From NCBI RefSeq assembly GCF_004010195.1, contig NC_057718.1:85760283-85824282 (forward strand): a stretch of 64,000 nucleotides of DNA. Direction: 5' to 3'. Below, piece after piece: positions 1 to 13,320 of the stretch (positions are counted from its first letter, which is position 1; each line of letters opens with the position of its first letter). A program made the translations under genes and the position numbers. Source of the stretch: Chiloscyllium plagiosum (lineage: Eukaryota). The notes beneath the pieces are model-generated. The model ran no database searches, had not been told where the DNA came from, and saw nothing but the letters and a program-made list of their open reading frames with translations.

Positions 1-949
1 CTGTCAGACAGCCAATTCTCAATCCATACCAGCTTAGCCTCCTTTTAACTTCATCTTCCTGCATTCAAGAATTGAACTTGGCCTTTGAATCCTTAATAAT
101 GAAAGTTAGAATTCTAAAAGATCTGCAGATCCACGTTCAAAAATCAATTTGCTTCAACATTAAGTGGCAGATTTATTACATTTGCTCTGATGTGTGACCT
201 CCAAAAAGGAATTGCATATATATCTGGATTAGCTGGATCTTCGTTATGAACTGGCTTGATAGACTTTCAAAAAACGGAATGTGTGGAAGAATAATTGTCA
301 GGGTTCTATTGTAAAATCAAATGCAACTTACACAAACCTGAACATAAGCAATAACGACTAATGTATATATTGAACAGGTTTTGGAACTGATTCTAAACCA
401 ATACACTATATATACAATTTAGACTCTAATATTCTGGATATACATGAGGCAAATATGGGTTAATAGACAAACTGTGGCTGAACACTCCTCAGACTGCACT
501 TTAAATGGCTAATATTTCAAGGCAGATCCTACCCAAACATATTGGTCACAAATCACCAATAAAGTTCTGTCTCATTTGCAAGGGATTCCAAGTCTTCAGT
601 TGGAAGATCCATCCTTGGAATGTTTTGATGGTTTGATCTCTTATTTCAAGCCTCAGTTCTCCAAGACTCCTGAGTCTACTCCCAAAAGTCTAAATACCAA
701 CAAAATGTCAGCTTTTATTCAACATCTGCTTTATCAGGTGTCTCTAAGTTTCTTTAAACTCTAATCTTTCTCTATCTACACCAAGCAAATACAGCTTGTG
801 GGCTTCCTTCATTGCCCTCTCAATTGTACTGAACTTTCAATGGCTTCCAGGGATTTGTTTTAGCCCGATCTTTCTATATGGCAAGGTGGCACAATTCCCT
901 TTGACTTCTCTTGAGCTTTAATTGCATAGTCGCTAAAACTCTTATGCTT

Positions 950-1945
950 AGTAGGCACTTTGCATCCTCACTTCCCACACCTCGACCTTTGAGCTCCACC
1001 CCTTCAATTGCAACAAAAACTGAACCTTCCTGGTCCTCACCTTCCACCCCACCATCCTCCAGATCCAACGTATCATCCTCCACCATTTCTGCCACCTACA
1101 AACAGATTCTACCACCAGAAATATATTTCCCTCCCCATTCCTCTCTGCATTCCACAGAGACCATTCCCTCTATGACTCCCTTGTCCAAGCCCACCACCAA
1201 CCCACCCACCACTCCTGGCACCTTCCCCTGCCACTGCAAGAGGTGTAAAGCCTGCGTCCACACCTCCCACCTCACCTCCATCTAAGGCCCCAAAGGATCC
1301 AAAGGATCCTTCCATATCCAGCAGAGATTTTCCTGCACCTCCAAACACCTCATCTACTGTGTCCATGACTCTTGAGGTGGTCTCTTCTACATTAGGGAGA
1401 CAGGATGCCAACTTGTGGAATGTTTCAGAGAACATCTCTGGGATACATGCACTAAACATCCCCACCGCCTTGTGGCCGAACACTTCAACACCCTCTCCTA
1501 CTCCGCCAAGGACATGCAAGTCCTGGGCCTCCTCCACAACCAAATTCTAGCCACCCGATGCCTGGAGGAAGAGAGCCTCAGATTCCGCCTTGGGACACAT
1601 GGGATCAATGTTGATTTCACTAGTTTCCTCATCTCCCTTCCCCCACCTTATCACAGATCCAACTCTCAAACTTGGCACCGCCCTCTTGAATTGTCCTACC
1701 TGTCCATCTTCCTTCCCACCTATCTGCTCCACTCTCCATTCTGACGTATCACCATCACCCCCACCTTCATCGACCTATTGTATTTCCAGCCGCCTTTCGC
1801 CCAACCCCATCCCCCCTCCCATTTATCTCTCAGCCCCCTTGGGCCTCCCCACATTCATGATGAAGAGCTTATGCTCAAAATGTCGACTCACCTGCTCCTC
1901 AGATGCTGCCTGACCTACTGTGCTTTTCCAGCACCACACGTTTGG
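950..1945 (+). mobile_element. Penelope-like retroelement 3' part: degenerate GIY-YIG endonuclease region plus terminal repeat with a hammerhead motif
   Basis: Broken reading frame with PCHCKRCKAC, LIYC...FYIRETG...FREH, VAEHFN, MQVLGL, LEEESLRFRLGT.GIN. It is followed by a C/T-rich UTR and ATGATGA-A-GAGC-TTAT-GCTC-AAAA-TGTC at 1857-1884. Confidence 0.85.
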
Positions 1946-4019
1946 ACTTTGCATGCTTCAGCAATTTCCCAGCTCCAAAACTTGCAATGAACTGATCTCC
2001 CAGCAAACACACAGATTAATTGAAACTAAACAGTGAATGGGATTTTTTGAGGAGTGACGATCTCAATCTCAAGTAGATTGTCACTGTGGTCCTCTTCTTA
2101 CAAAAACAAGGGAGCTCTGCATTTCCGAGAAGAGATTTCACTTGGGGATCCCACAGAAATACAGAAGCATTCTTCCACCACATGTTGAACTGTCAGATGT
2201 AGGTAAATCATGTCCCCTCTCCACAGCAGTCAGCTGCCGTATCCTGAAGTGTAAAGGTTCTGATGGCCACTTTGCCAGTTACTGTCAAACCGTATGTACA
2301 GAAGGGCAGTGTGATGTTAAGATGCCAATGGATAGGGCTAAAGGTCAGTAGGATGCCAGCTGGGAAATCAGTCAGTTGTCGAGTGGTGGGGTGGCATGTG
2401 AACATTCCAGATGAGTAGGAAGTAAGGTGCTAGGAAAGTAAGGATCCAGACAGGAAGGGGATGGGTGCCAGGTAAGTTGGATGCCAGGAAAGTAGGGACC
2501 AGGATAATAACTGTGTAGGGTGTCAAGCTGTGTAGGAGGAGGATAAGGTGTTAGGTGGATAGAATGCCAAAGGTGAGGGGGTAGCATGCCATGCAGTAGG
2601 GAACAAAACTGTAAGGTGGCAAGGTAAGTGATTTCGGGTAGTTAGGGCTATCGGGCAAAATTGGGTTTGCAGTGGAAGGTGGGTGTTCGGATCTGAGTGT
2701 TTTGGGGTTGGCAGGTTTTGGGGTTTTGAGTCAGTTTGAGTAAGAGTGGTTGTAGAATTGGCTCAGGTCTAATGGCAGAGGGGGTCAGGATGTGTACAGC
2801 AATGGGAAGGGGAGTGTGGGAATGGTGGGCTGGTCCCAGTGCGGGGAATTGGGTTGGCATTGGATTGTGTATGACAGGAGGTGCAGGTTGGGTCCCACTG
2901 TGGAATTGGGGAGGGGTGTGTTGGGTCAGTTTCAGGGGCAGAAGTGTGGGGGGTTGGGTTCTATGTTGTGCCAGAGACTCAGGGGTGTAAGTGGTTTGGA
3001 GAATGTATGGTTGGTTTTTGGGGGCTATGAGGTATGAGTGGTGTCTGTTAAGTAATTACTCTGAAGTTAGACTACATATGTAACAGTTTAACACTTCCTG
3101 AGTCACCATCTTACTTAATTTTACTGTAAACCTCCAAAGTCTTCTACATAAGTGGACACTTTTGGAGAGTTCCAGATATTGAGGAATTTCCCAGTGGGAA
3201 ATTCAATTTCCTGCACAATTCCTTTGGAGTCTGCTATAATGGAGATTCCCAATCTGCAATTCCTACAACTCTGGAATAATGACTGCCTGGCCCATGGAAA
3301 AAAACTGGGACAGCATTCCTCAGCTTTATCCAGTTCTCATCTGTCCTTATCCTATCTTTTACTTTAAATGTCCCTCATGAACTGTTTCTTTGCAGCCTTT
3401 TAAGATTCATGGAATACTTTTGCTCTCAAAACAAACAATCTCTCTGCACTGCTTTGATTACGAAAAGCAGCATAGACACCACGAGCAGAACTTTTATCAA
3501 TAATCAGCCAAGTGTCAATCGTGGGGAATTTCATGGGGTGGAAAGGTGATCTCTCTCCATGAGTTTTAGTGAGTTTTCTTGTGCTGTTCTCTGCCTCATT
3601 AACTACGTACCACACCTCCATGCTACCCCACACACACTATCTTCCACTCAGCGATGACAAAAATATTCGCTACTGCCCGGACTTCCTGGAATTCCTGACA
3701 CTGGTGTCATTTTTATTACCAGAAATGGTCGAAAATGATAACTTCTATAGAACGTCAGCACAAAGAATGAAACAAACACATGCTGTAGTGGCTTCTGGTA
3801 CAAGCACAGGGACCACTTGCTTGTTGAGCATTAACAGATTTAGAGTCAGTGTGATCTCTGCACCCAACTCACATCTGTTGGAACTAGATGTCAATAAAAT
3901 CCTGTCCGACTTGATATGTCTGAGACTGCAGCACTCTATCATGCAAAAGGCGATGTCTCTCCTGCATGGTGTTGCTGCTGCTGCTTTCCCAGCTCTTCGC
4001 AGTCCATCTCATTCACTCC

Positions 4020-5400
4020 TTGCCTCCAGATGCGCAGTGCCCAGCATCCTATGATTATGCGACACAGTCTTCAGATCGTACTGTAAGGACCCCAAACCCC
4101 TCCTGCTCCCCAGACTTAACCAGGCATCAAAACCTCATTTTCAGGAGGCCTTTTATCTGCTCTATGAGAACCCTGGTTGAAGAATAGGTTGCAACGTATC
4201 TACACTCAGCCTCAGTCAGGGTGTTGCATGTTGGAGTCACCAGTTGCCAAGGAGAGCTTTTGTCTCCCCATCTCCTGTTAACCAGCTTGTAAAGCATCTG
4301 CACTTTGAAGCAAGAGCATGAGAGTCCTCAAGGATATTGGGGTAAAGGCAGCTCTCAGGTTACCTGCTGCATACCTGTATCAGTCAAAAGTCAAGAGTAG
4401 CTTTATTTGTAATTTCTACCTTATATACAGTAAAAACAAGGCAGCGTTCCTATAGGACCAGGGCTCTACATGGACAGCTCAAGCTCCATGATCATATGCA
4501 AGGAGGCATAAGGAGCATAAGAAGTGCAAAACATGCAAGGCAGCACAGTAATACCTGACTCTCAAGACAGTAGGCAGAGTGGTGTACAAATTACAGTGTT
4601 ATAAAAGAATGATAATGAATAAAACATTGTTCTAGCAGCAATTCAAAGTCTTGCAAAGAATTTGAGATGGAATAGAGTCCGATCATGCTGTGTTAAGGAG
4701 CCTGATGGCTCGGGGGATGAAATTGTTGCAGTCTGGCCGTGAGAGACCAAATTCTCCAGTATCTGCTGCCAGATGGCAGGAGGGAGAAGACTTTGAGTGA
4801 GGGGTGTGTGGGTCTTCCACAATGCTCTTAGCCTTTCGGATGCAGCGACTGGTGTCAATGTCTGTAATGGAAGGAAGAGAGACCCTGGTGACTTGTTTAT
4901 TAATTGAATAGAAATCTTTTCTGTGGATGAAATCAATTGCCTGATGATACAGTGCTCTCAATGTGATGTGTGTACACTCTATGGCATCCTGGCCCTGGGG
5001 GAGGGCAGCTTTGTTTGTAAAGTTAACTGCCCGGGCTGCAACACTGACCGCGTCACGGGGAAACTCAGGAAACATGTGATCTGGCACAAATTCCATCCTT
5101 GATCCATTTCTGGATTGAGGATTGTGAGACCCCTCACAGGTCCCCAATGGAACCCCAGAAGCAGCCAGTTGTATAAAGTCTAGCATAGGTCTCACCTTGA
5201 CCACTTGACCAACCACTCCATTAGGCCCCACTCCAGCAGTTCTGTGATGGTGCCCTGGAACATTCACAGCATGTGATGGACTTGCACCCTTGGGCACCTG
5301 GAGGAAATGACATCGAGGATGATAGACTCTGGGCCTCCTCTGCACCTGGAGATCTTCAGCTGTGACTTCATCCTGTAACTGCTGCTGACTATGACCTGCT
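4020..5400 (-). pseudogene. Decayed PIF/Harbinger (HARBI1-like DDE) transposase, interrupted by a LINE
   Basis: Minus-strand translation gives PQGQDAIECTHITLRA..FIHRKDFYSINKQ (cf. GAIDCTH...NRKG..S.NVQ). Beyond the insertion it gives IQVCSR*PESC, WLTGD, TEAECRY...TRVLIEQIKGLLKMRF*CL and LQY. Stops and frameshifts are present. Confidence 0.8.
4385..4890 (-). mobile_element. Rex1/Babar-type LINE 3' end inserted in the Harbinger transposase
   Basis: LPSITDIDTSRCIRKAKSIVEDP...LLPSG...FIPRAIRLLN C-terminus; the 3' UTR ends AATAAA followed by CTTGA/TTTGA tail repeats. Confidence 0.75.
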
Positions 5401-5469
5401 GAACTGTTGCCATCATGTTCAATATTTGCCCTGCTGCTAAGTTTTGAATCCTCCCCAAACTTTGAAATG

Positions 5470-6100
5470 ATGTTCCAGGCCTAGGAAAACTATAGTGGCA
5501 ATACTGACACCTGTGGAGCTCATTATGAGCTTCTGTCTACTCTGAAAAACATTTGTTCATCATTACCTTACAACTATGTGCGCCGGTAATTACCGGTCTC
5601 TTTAATAACGTGTTTTTCTATTTTTCCAATGAAACTTTGAAAGTCCATGTGTGTAACATCTGTTGCCTACCTCCATGAACCATCTGTGTTACTTCATAAG
5701 AGAACTCAGTCAGGTTCGTTGGACATAATGTTTCATTTACAAATTCATCCTATCCTTTATTGATTTCTGTTTCTGCGAGAATTAATTTAGTCCTTGACAA
5801 ACGGGTGCCTGGTAGCTTTTCAGAATAAGTTAGTTGGACTGGCCTGTCATTATCAGACTTAATTCTTTTTTTTCAACAAGAGTATAATGTTTGTAATCTT
5901 CTGCTGTGACTCCGATTGGAAGGAGGAGTGAAATACTGTGGCCAGAATGTCAGTTATCTCCATCTTACCTTCCCTCAGCAATCCCATCTGGACCAGGTGG
6001 CTTGGTAACTTTGGATGATGCCAAATTGTCAACACTTGTCTATTCAATGTCACCAACCTGCTTCCTGTACTGTGATATTAATCTCCTCTGCTCTATTTTC
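5470..6100 (-). mobile_element. Old, highly diverged CR1-type LINE fragments
   Basis: Remnants of RT-region sequence (e.g. aagtccatgtgtgtaacatc, cccatctggaccagg) resemble younger CR1 copies in the window. Confidence 0.45.
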
Positions 6101-6839
6101 TGAAAACAGTCCATCCAGTACTACAGTAATGTCCTTTGGCTCTACATGATTTTCTTTCTTACCCTTAAATGACTTTCTTGTCCTCTCTATCTATAAAACT
6201 AATTGTATTATTTATGACTTATTTATATCACAACATTTCAGAACTGTTACAGTACAGAAGATACTGTTCAGTTTCTTTTGGTGGTCTTTACTTGAATGGA
6301 TGTTAGTCACTAGTCTAAGAGGCACTCTATGACCTTGTTTCCTTTAACACATGAAATAAGAAATTTCTTTAACTTCTAGATAATGGGAACTCATTCCTCT
6401 TCAATGATTAATGAGAAGAATCATTGTCTGTGGGAATAAAACAGAATTGCGAAGACGCCTCAGTGTGAAATGTAACTCATCATTATCTTGTCCTTGAAAG
6501 ATAAGGTGCGTTTAAGCCCTGGCACATGAGATTGGTTGGCAATGTCAAATTGTTAATAACTGCGTTTATATATGATGACTGCGGCAGTGCTAAAGCAAGA
6601 ATGATGTGGATCCTGTTAAAAATAATCCAGTCAGAAGCCAAACTGTTGATGAAAGAAAATGTTCTCTTATGACTAGAATGCCAATTCAGCAAGTAATCCA
6701 TTTAAAAAGTAGGATTTTTTTTTAAAATAGCAAAAATTGCAAGCAACCATGATGCTTTACCAAATAAAGGGATAACTCTCACTTCACATCATGGTTCCAG
6801 GATAGAGTTAGTAAGAGAACAATGTACAACATTAAAGAC

Positions 6840-8500
6840 AATAACTAACATTTATATAGCATACTTCCAGGCCACAGACAACCTTCTATGGCCAATTAAG
6901 CATTGTGGGTGTGTGGTCACAGCTGATGTGGAGGAAGCAACTGAGTTAATTTGTGCAAGCTCCCACAAGTCCTGATGTGACATATAACTGGATGCCCTGG
7001 TTTCCAGAGTGGTGGTTAAGTTGTTGAAGGTGATTCTAAGAGAGGATTTATGTGCATTTGGAAAGGCAAGGACTGATTAGGGATAGTCAGCATGGCTTTG
7101 TGCTTGGGAAATCATGGCTCACAAATTTGATTAAGGTTTTTGAAGAAGTAACCAAGGAAACAGATGAAGGCAAAACCTACATGTTGTCGTTTACAGGGAC
7201 TTAAGCAAGTCCTTCAACAAGGTCCTGCATGATAGATTGGTTGATAAGGTTAGATCACATGCAATCCAGGGAGAAATAGCCAATTGGATATAAAATTGGT
7301 TTGATGGTAGAAGACAGAGGATGGTGGTACAGGGTTGTTATTCAGACTGCAGGCCTGTGACCAGCGGTGTCCCATAAAGATTGGTTCTGGATCCACTGTT
7401 GCTTATCATTTGCATCAAAAATTTGGATGAGAAAATTGAAAGTATGGTTAGTAAGTTTGCGGATGATACCAAAATTGGTGGTATAGTGGACTGTGAAGAA
7501 GGTTATCTAAGAGTACAAGATCTTGAACAAATGGCCAATGGGCTGAGAAGCGGCAGATAGAGTCTAATTTAGATAAATGTAAGGTGTTGTAATTTAGTAA
7601 GGCAAAACAGGACTGGATTTACACAGTTAATGGTAGGATTCTGGGGAGCGTTGTTCAACAGTGGGACATAGGTGTGTAGGTTCATGGTTCTTCGAAAGTG
7701 GAGTTGCAGGTAGACAAGGTGGTGAAGAAGGCATTTGGCATGCTTGCCTTCATTGATCAGAGCATTGAATATTGGAGTTAGGATGTCATGTTGCGGCTGT
7801 ACAAGACACAGGTGAGACCACATGTGGAGAGCTGTGTACAATTCTAATCACCCTGCTATAGAAAGGATGTTGTTAACCCAGAAAGGGTGCAGAAGAAATT
7901 TACATAGATGTTGCCAGGACTGGACAGTTGGACTTGTAAGGAGAGGCTGGAAAGGTTGAGACTTCTCTTCCTGGAGCGTAGAAAGCTGAAGGGTGACTTG
8001 AGGGGTTTATAAAATCATGAGGGTCATGAATAGGGTGAATAGCCAAAGTCTTGCCCCCAAATGTAGGGGAGTCCAATACGATTGGGCTTATCTTTAAGAG
8101 GGGAAAGATTTAAAAGGGGCCTGAGGGTGGTGCGGGTATGAAACGGGCTGCCAGTGGAAGTGGTGGAGGCCAGTACAATTACAGCATTTAAAAAGCATTT
8201 GAGCAGGTACATGGATAGGGAAGGTTGAAAGGAATTTGGGCCAAATGCAGACAAATGGGACAACTTCACTTTGGGAAATCTGATCAGCATGGACAAATTG
8301 GACTGAAGGGTCTGTTTTAGTGCTGTATGACTCTAAGACTCTCCTAAATGTCAGCCGCAGCAGTGCACTTCAAGATAACACCCTGGAATCTTTCCCTTTT
8401 TCTTGCAGAAGCTGATGAAGCCTCATTTTAAAACTCATCTGAAAATGGCCACTGTGGCATCGGGAGGGTCAGCTGGATCCTAGGCTCACGGTTCTGTCGC
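6840..8500 (-). mobile_element. Deu-domain SINE (SacSINE1/AmnSINE1-like) split by the CR1 at 7030-8342
   Basis: 3' half at about 6845-7025 (catttatatagca tail) and 5' half at about 8350-8500 (ctcatctgaaaatggc). Confidence 0.55.
7030..8342 (+). mobile_element. CR1/HER1-type LINE, 5'-truncated RT region plus 3' UTR
   Basis: Motifs SQHGFV, KFADDTKIGG and KCKVL; the reverse ORF 7569-7841 is the antisense of the RT; tail ...gctgtatgactctaagactct. Confidence 0.92.
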
Positions 8501-10387
8501 TGGACAATAGCTGGGCTTTCACAAAGGCAGAACTAGGAAGCCAACAAGCTCCGAATGCATCGGTGCTTTGAGAAAGGTAGGCCTGATGAGCGCCAAGTGA
8601 TGGAGCTCTGAGAATGGGCTGAATCTATACAGAAACATAGTGTACTTTGGAGGTGGTGGGCAGTGAGACAACTTTCTCGGGAGGGAGGAAGGTAAAAAAA
8701 AATCCTTGCAAGGAGTTAAATCGGGGGGGGGGGAATGGGTAAGGACTATTGAGGAAAAAGAGTCCAATGGAACTGTGGGTATTCTGAAGACGGTCACTCA
8801 GCTGAAATGTTCAATGGAATTTCTCTGTCGCCTCGCTTGTGGTGTATTTGGAGAGAGGGAAGGGTATTTAATTAGTTGAGATGGTGGCACATCTTCTCAT
8901 CTGCATCAGGTAAGGGGCCTGTGCTTGGACTTCCTGACCCTCTGCCAATCGAAGGCTTTAAGTAGATAGTCAATGATAACATTAGGGCCTCCTCCCACCA
9001 GTGCTGCCACTATGTGGCATGAGTGAAAGAGAAATCTATGTGGCTGTGTGACAACCTACCCCCCCCCCCCCACCCCCACAGACACACATTCTTCTCTCTG
9101 TGACAGCCCCTTTCCTGTATCCCCCTTTCCCTCTATGATTTGTCTATGAACTGGGTTGATCTTTAGTTGGGTGGATTTGACTTGAATTCCAGACAAAGAG
9201 ATGATTTTGGTGGATGGACATGCAAAGCTGAAGAATAGACAATATTCCTTCATATTTTGCGTTATTCTCTGATGTGTGAAAATAAATTGCTTAAGCCATC
9301 TGGCAGATGGCCAACAGTGAAATCTCAAATGAATGCATAAATATTTGCAGGCCATCATTATCAATGGTGATTGTTCGTTCAAAGCGTATTGGTGAAGACC
9401 TATCTAATCCTTGCTTCTAAGTCCACATGGAAAAACACAGATAATGATTTATGATCAGAAGGTTCTGAGACACTGGTTTCCCTAATAGAGCTCCTTCAAA
9501 GATGGCCACACATTTTCTTCATCTTTCAAGCTGCCAGAACATTTTTTATTTCACAGTGTCATTTTATTTGACATTAAGTTCCATAAATCTACAATCCAAA
9601 CCAATGCTTGATAAACAGTATTGGCCCTTTGGAAAAGGTGCATCCTTGAGTGAGAAATGACACAAACAAGTGGAAGGATGTGAGTCAAAAGGTGAGGAAA
9701 GATCTATTACATTCTGCTATTGGTTAAACATCTCTTCTGTAATGATTGCATCTTAAATTGAGCTCATGGAAGCAAGTCATAATTAAGAGGGTTTCAGTAA
9801 TTGGAGGGGTACAAAAAGTATTTACCTGTGAGATAGTCTGCTGTTAGCTTTGCTGTAAAATCTGTGGAAAACTGCTACCTCTGAAACAGTGAAGTACATA
9901 GAAGGTCTTATTTTTGGTAGTCACTCATTGCCTACAATGGGAAGAGGCTTTGAAAGTGACATTTATGCATTTTCCAGATTGTATTATGACATAATTAGTT
10001 ACATTGAAAGGTAACAATTCAATTATTTTTTTTTTGTGTTCCGAACGTCTGTTGATCCCAAAGGAAGAATTGTGTGCCAGTTACTCTTTGTGATGCGATC
10101 ATAAATTTATTTGCCAAACTCTCTATTGGTCAGCGCTTTTACTACAATCACAGTCTCCACTCTAGCATCCTACAAATAGGACAGAGCAACATTCGTCTCA
10201 ACCACAACTTCTATCTCTGCGCAGAGCTGGCTGGACAGGGAACGTGATTATTACTCTTGTCCTGCCTCTTGTGTTCCTACGTGCACAGTGAGAAATTCAA
10301 TCAGCAAATTTGGTGTTCATCAAAATCATCTCTGTTGGGTAGATTTGGGGGGGGTGGGAACAGTGAAGATTTTGCTTGAAATATTAG

Positions 10388-10592
10388 GGCAAGTGCAGTG
10401 GCTCAGTGGTTTGCACTTCCCTTACAACATCAGGACCCAGGTTCGATTCAACCCACAGGTGACTGTAGAGTTCCCAGGATTACCCATGGGAAATGCAGGG
10501 CTACAGAAATAGGGTAAAGGGATGGGTTTGGGTGGAGTGTCATTGTGGACTTAATGGGCTGAATGGCTTGCTTCCACACTGTAGGGATTCTG
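10388..10592 (+). mobile_element. Degenerate HE1/V-SINE
   Basis: A box tggctcagtgg, B box ggttcgattc, tail gggctgaatggcttgcttccacactgtagggattct. Confidence 0.75.
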
Positions 10593-10799
10593 CCTTAGTT
10601 TGAAATCTGTCTTGGGTAATAGCAAATGGGCTGCCCATTGATTTCATTTCAGAAGGAAATGATGAAGTATTGAAATGGGCTGCCAATTCATTATTACCTG
10701 TTTTATGCTGTCACTGTAAACCTGTTTCAGCAGTTGCAACATTATGCCCCACAGATACCATAAAAACAACTGTGTTTTCTGGGACAATGAGGAGGTCTC

Positions 10800-10910
10800 T
10801 CAAGATCTGAATGTGAGTCATATCTGACTTGAGACGTTAACTCTGTTTCTTTCTCCACACTTGCTGCCAGACCTGCTGAGTTTCTCCAGCATTCTCTGCA
10901 CTTTTGTTGC
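10800..10910 (+). ncRNA. Degenerate PLE-derived hammerhead element (family 2)
   Basis: CTGAATG-T-GAGTCA-TATC-TGACTT-GAGACGTT-AAC followed by the shared tgctgccagacctgctgag block. Confidence 0.6.
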
Positions 10911-12468
10911 TTCTTTAGGGTAGAGCAAGAAGACAGGAGGTTTTATTTTTTTCAATGCATCACAAGAAATGCAGGAACACAGTTGGTTTATTACAGATCA
11001 GGAAGGGACCCATCAGCTTCTTGAGCCTGTTCCAACAATCCATTAGATCATGGCTAGTCTGTACCTTAACTTCACTTTGCTGGGATTTTCTTTCCTATGT
11101 CCCTTACCTATTAGAAGATCTGTTAGTCTTGGATTTAGTAGCTCCAATAGATCCTCAGGATCCACCCATATTTTGGGGAGTGGGTGTCAGGTTTTCAGTA
11201 GCCATTCTGCAAAGTTCTTCAATACAATCCTAATGTTAGAACTCAAATTTTAAGATTGTATGCCTTATCTGGATTTACTGGTCTGAGGAAATTGTAATCT
11301 ACCTTATTAAATCACTTGATCCATTTTGAACGGCCTCCACTTGGTGATCATACTACCCTTTTAACTCAAGGCAACTCACGCGATGTTTACATGACCTGTC
11401 CTTAGAATTTTGCTTTTAAGCACTGGAATCATTTTGATAAATCTGTGCTGCATTCCTTCCAAGGCCAATTTGTCCCTCTTGAGGTACAATGCCAATGAAC
11501 TGAATGCAAAACTCTAAAATTAGTCTGACCCATATGAAGTGGGTGCAATTTTGTCTTAGCTCATAGTGTAGAGTGGGCAACAGTGAATTGGCAGTCTGTT
11601 TTATACTCTTCCCTTGACTTCAGTTTATAGCATGTTTACATACAAATTGTAGGTGCTTATGAAAAACCAAATCATTAGAGACATGACCAACATAACTTCG
11701 TAAAATGTCAGGATCAGAACAACTTTAGAATTGAGATTCACAATTAGCTAGAGTGATGAAATATAGCAATTACATTTATGGAAATGTATTTAATTTTGAA
11801 AAGTGACACCCTCTCATAATCTGTAAATTAAAGTGCCTGACTGTCAGTCCTTATGAACAGCACTGGGCATTAATCCCAATGGTACTCATAGTTTGTTTTC
11901 ATCAACCTTAGTCAAAAATTCTTCACTCAATCCAACTGTAGATGGACACACCCACAGTTTTCCAGATGCCATATTTTGTGGACGTTAATCACAATTTTCC
12001 AGAATCTATCCAGTCCGACATGTTTTGATAGACATTGGCCACCAATTCTCAGGAACTACCTGTTTCAATGTGCATTATGCAGGGTCATCGCCGGAATCAT
12101 TTTAATCAATGGTTTTGATGATCATTGGTCATAATCTCTCACAGGCTAATAGGTGGACATTAGCTGCAGTCTCTCTCACTGTTGAGATTTCATTCCAATG
12201 CAAACAAAGTATATAAGAAGTTGTACTTTGAGCACTGAAGCTAAAGCTCATCCAAAAGTCTCAGAAAAATATATACATGTGCCAATTGTTCTGTTTTATA
12301 TACACACACATATATATATATAAATGGGTAATGCATAAGGACTCCTGTGATCTCCTGCATGTATTCTGATTAATACACATCCAATTTTACATGCAAGTAG
12401 CTCTTAAACCATTGTCTTAACAATAGGGCATTCATGATTTATAGAATTTGAAATAACATACAATTACC

Positions 12469-12474
12469 TTTATT
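12469..12474 (-). terminator. Candidate SYNDIG1 polyadenylation signal (AATAAA)
   Basis: tttatt on the + strand in apparently non-repeat sequence about 3.2 kb past the stop. Further candidates lie at about 9545-9568 (two close AATAAA) and about 10106. Usage cannot be determined from sequence. Confidence 0.3.
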
Positions 12475-13320
12475 TAATCTTCTGCATGCTTGACTTTCAT
12501 GAATGTATTCAGTGACCAAATCAATTTCTTTTTAAGTTTTGCGTTAGCGGACAGTTCTACATGCTCCAGTTAAATTGTTCAACTCCTGGTTTAAGCAGGT
12601 TTCACATTATCTGATCGGCCAAATGAGTATCCAGCAAAGAAAAACATTTCAATCTCTAGAGGCCGCAGTTAGCATTGGGAAAGGATTTGTTACTGACTCG
12701 CCTTGGTGGAATACGGTTATATGTGTTATTGGCACTTTCAGGAACTCTAGTAATAGCCAACAGGACTTTGTTGTATATCAGTTATTGTTGATGTAGATCT
12801 GTTCAGCATGAAATGAAGACCGAGATTTTGCAATTCATAATTTTGCTTTTCCAACTTCAGTAATTTCTCTGGAAGATGTGATTGTTGGCATGGTGTCATC
12901 ACTGATTACATAGTTGCAGACAATTCTGATCAAAGGTCTTGGTACAGTAATATTATTTCCAAAGACAATGGGTTGTAGTCTCCCCTTTGTGAATACCTTT
13001 ACTGGATAGCAGACACAAGGAGAAAACAGGGCCATATCAGCTAATAGGTGCACAGCCACTTTGAAACGAGAGCAGTCCTTTAAGTTCCCAATTCTGTTAA
13101 CTCTTTAATTAGTTACATATCAGGGATTAAGACATCCTATCCAGTTTCAACTTCCAGAATGTTAGAATGTCTTATATAGCAGAATTTGATTTCGTGATAT
13201 CAGATTGTATTTGGCTCTGCTTCTATAAAGAAATTGGAAGCCGTTTGATTTGGAAGATAACATTTTTAACCCTGTGGAAAAGGTTACAATGTTGGGATGA
13301 AACGAACGTTGCCCCATACT

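Noticed and set aside
190..893. Possible solo LTR (TGTG...CACA)
   Set aside because: No target-site duplication found and no second copy in the window.
3569..4054. 161-aa ORF on +
   Set aside because: GTG start, no recognisable domain, adjacent to decayed transposon sequence.
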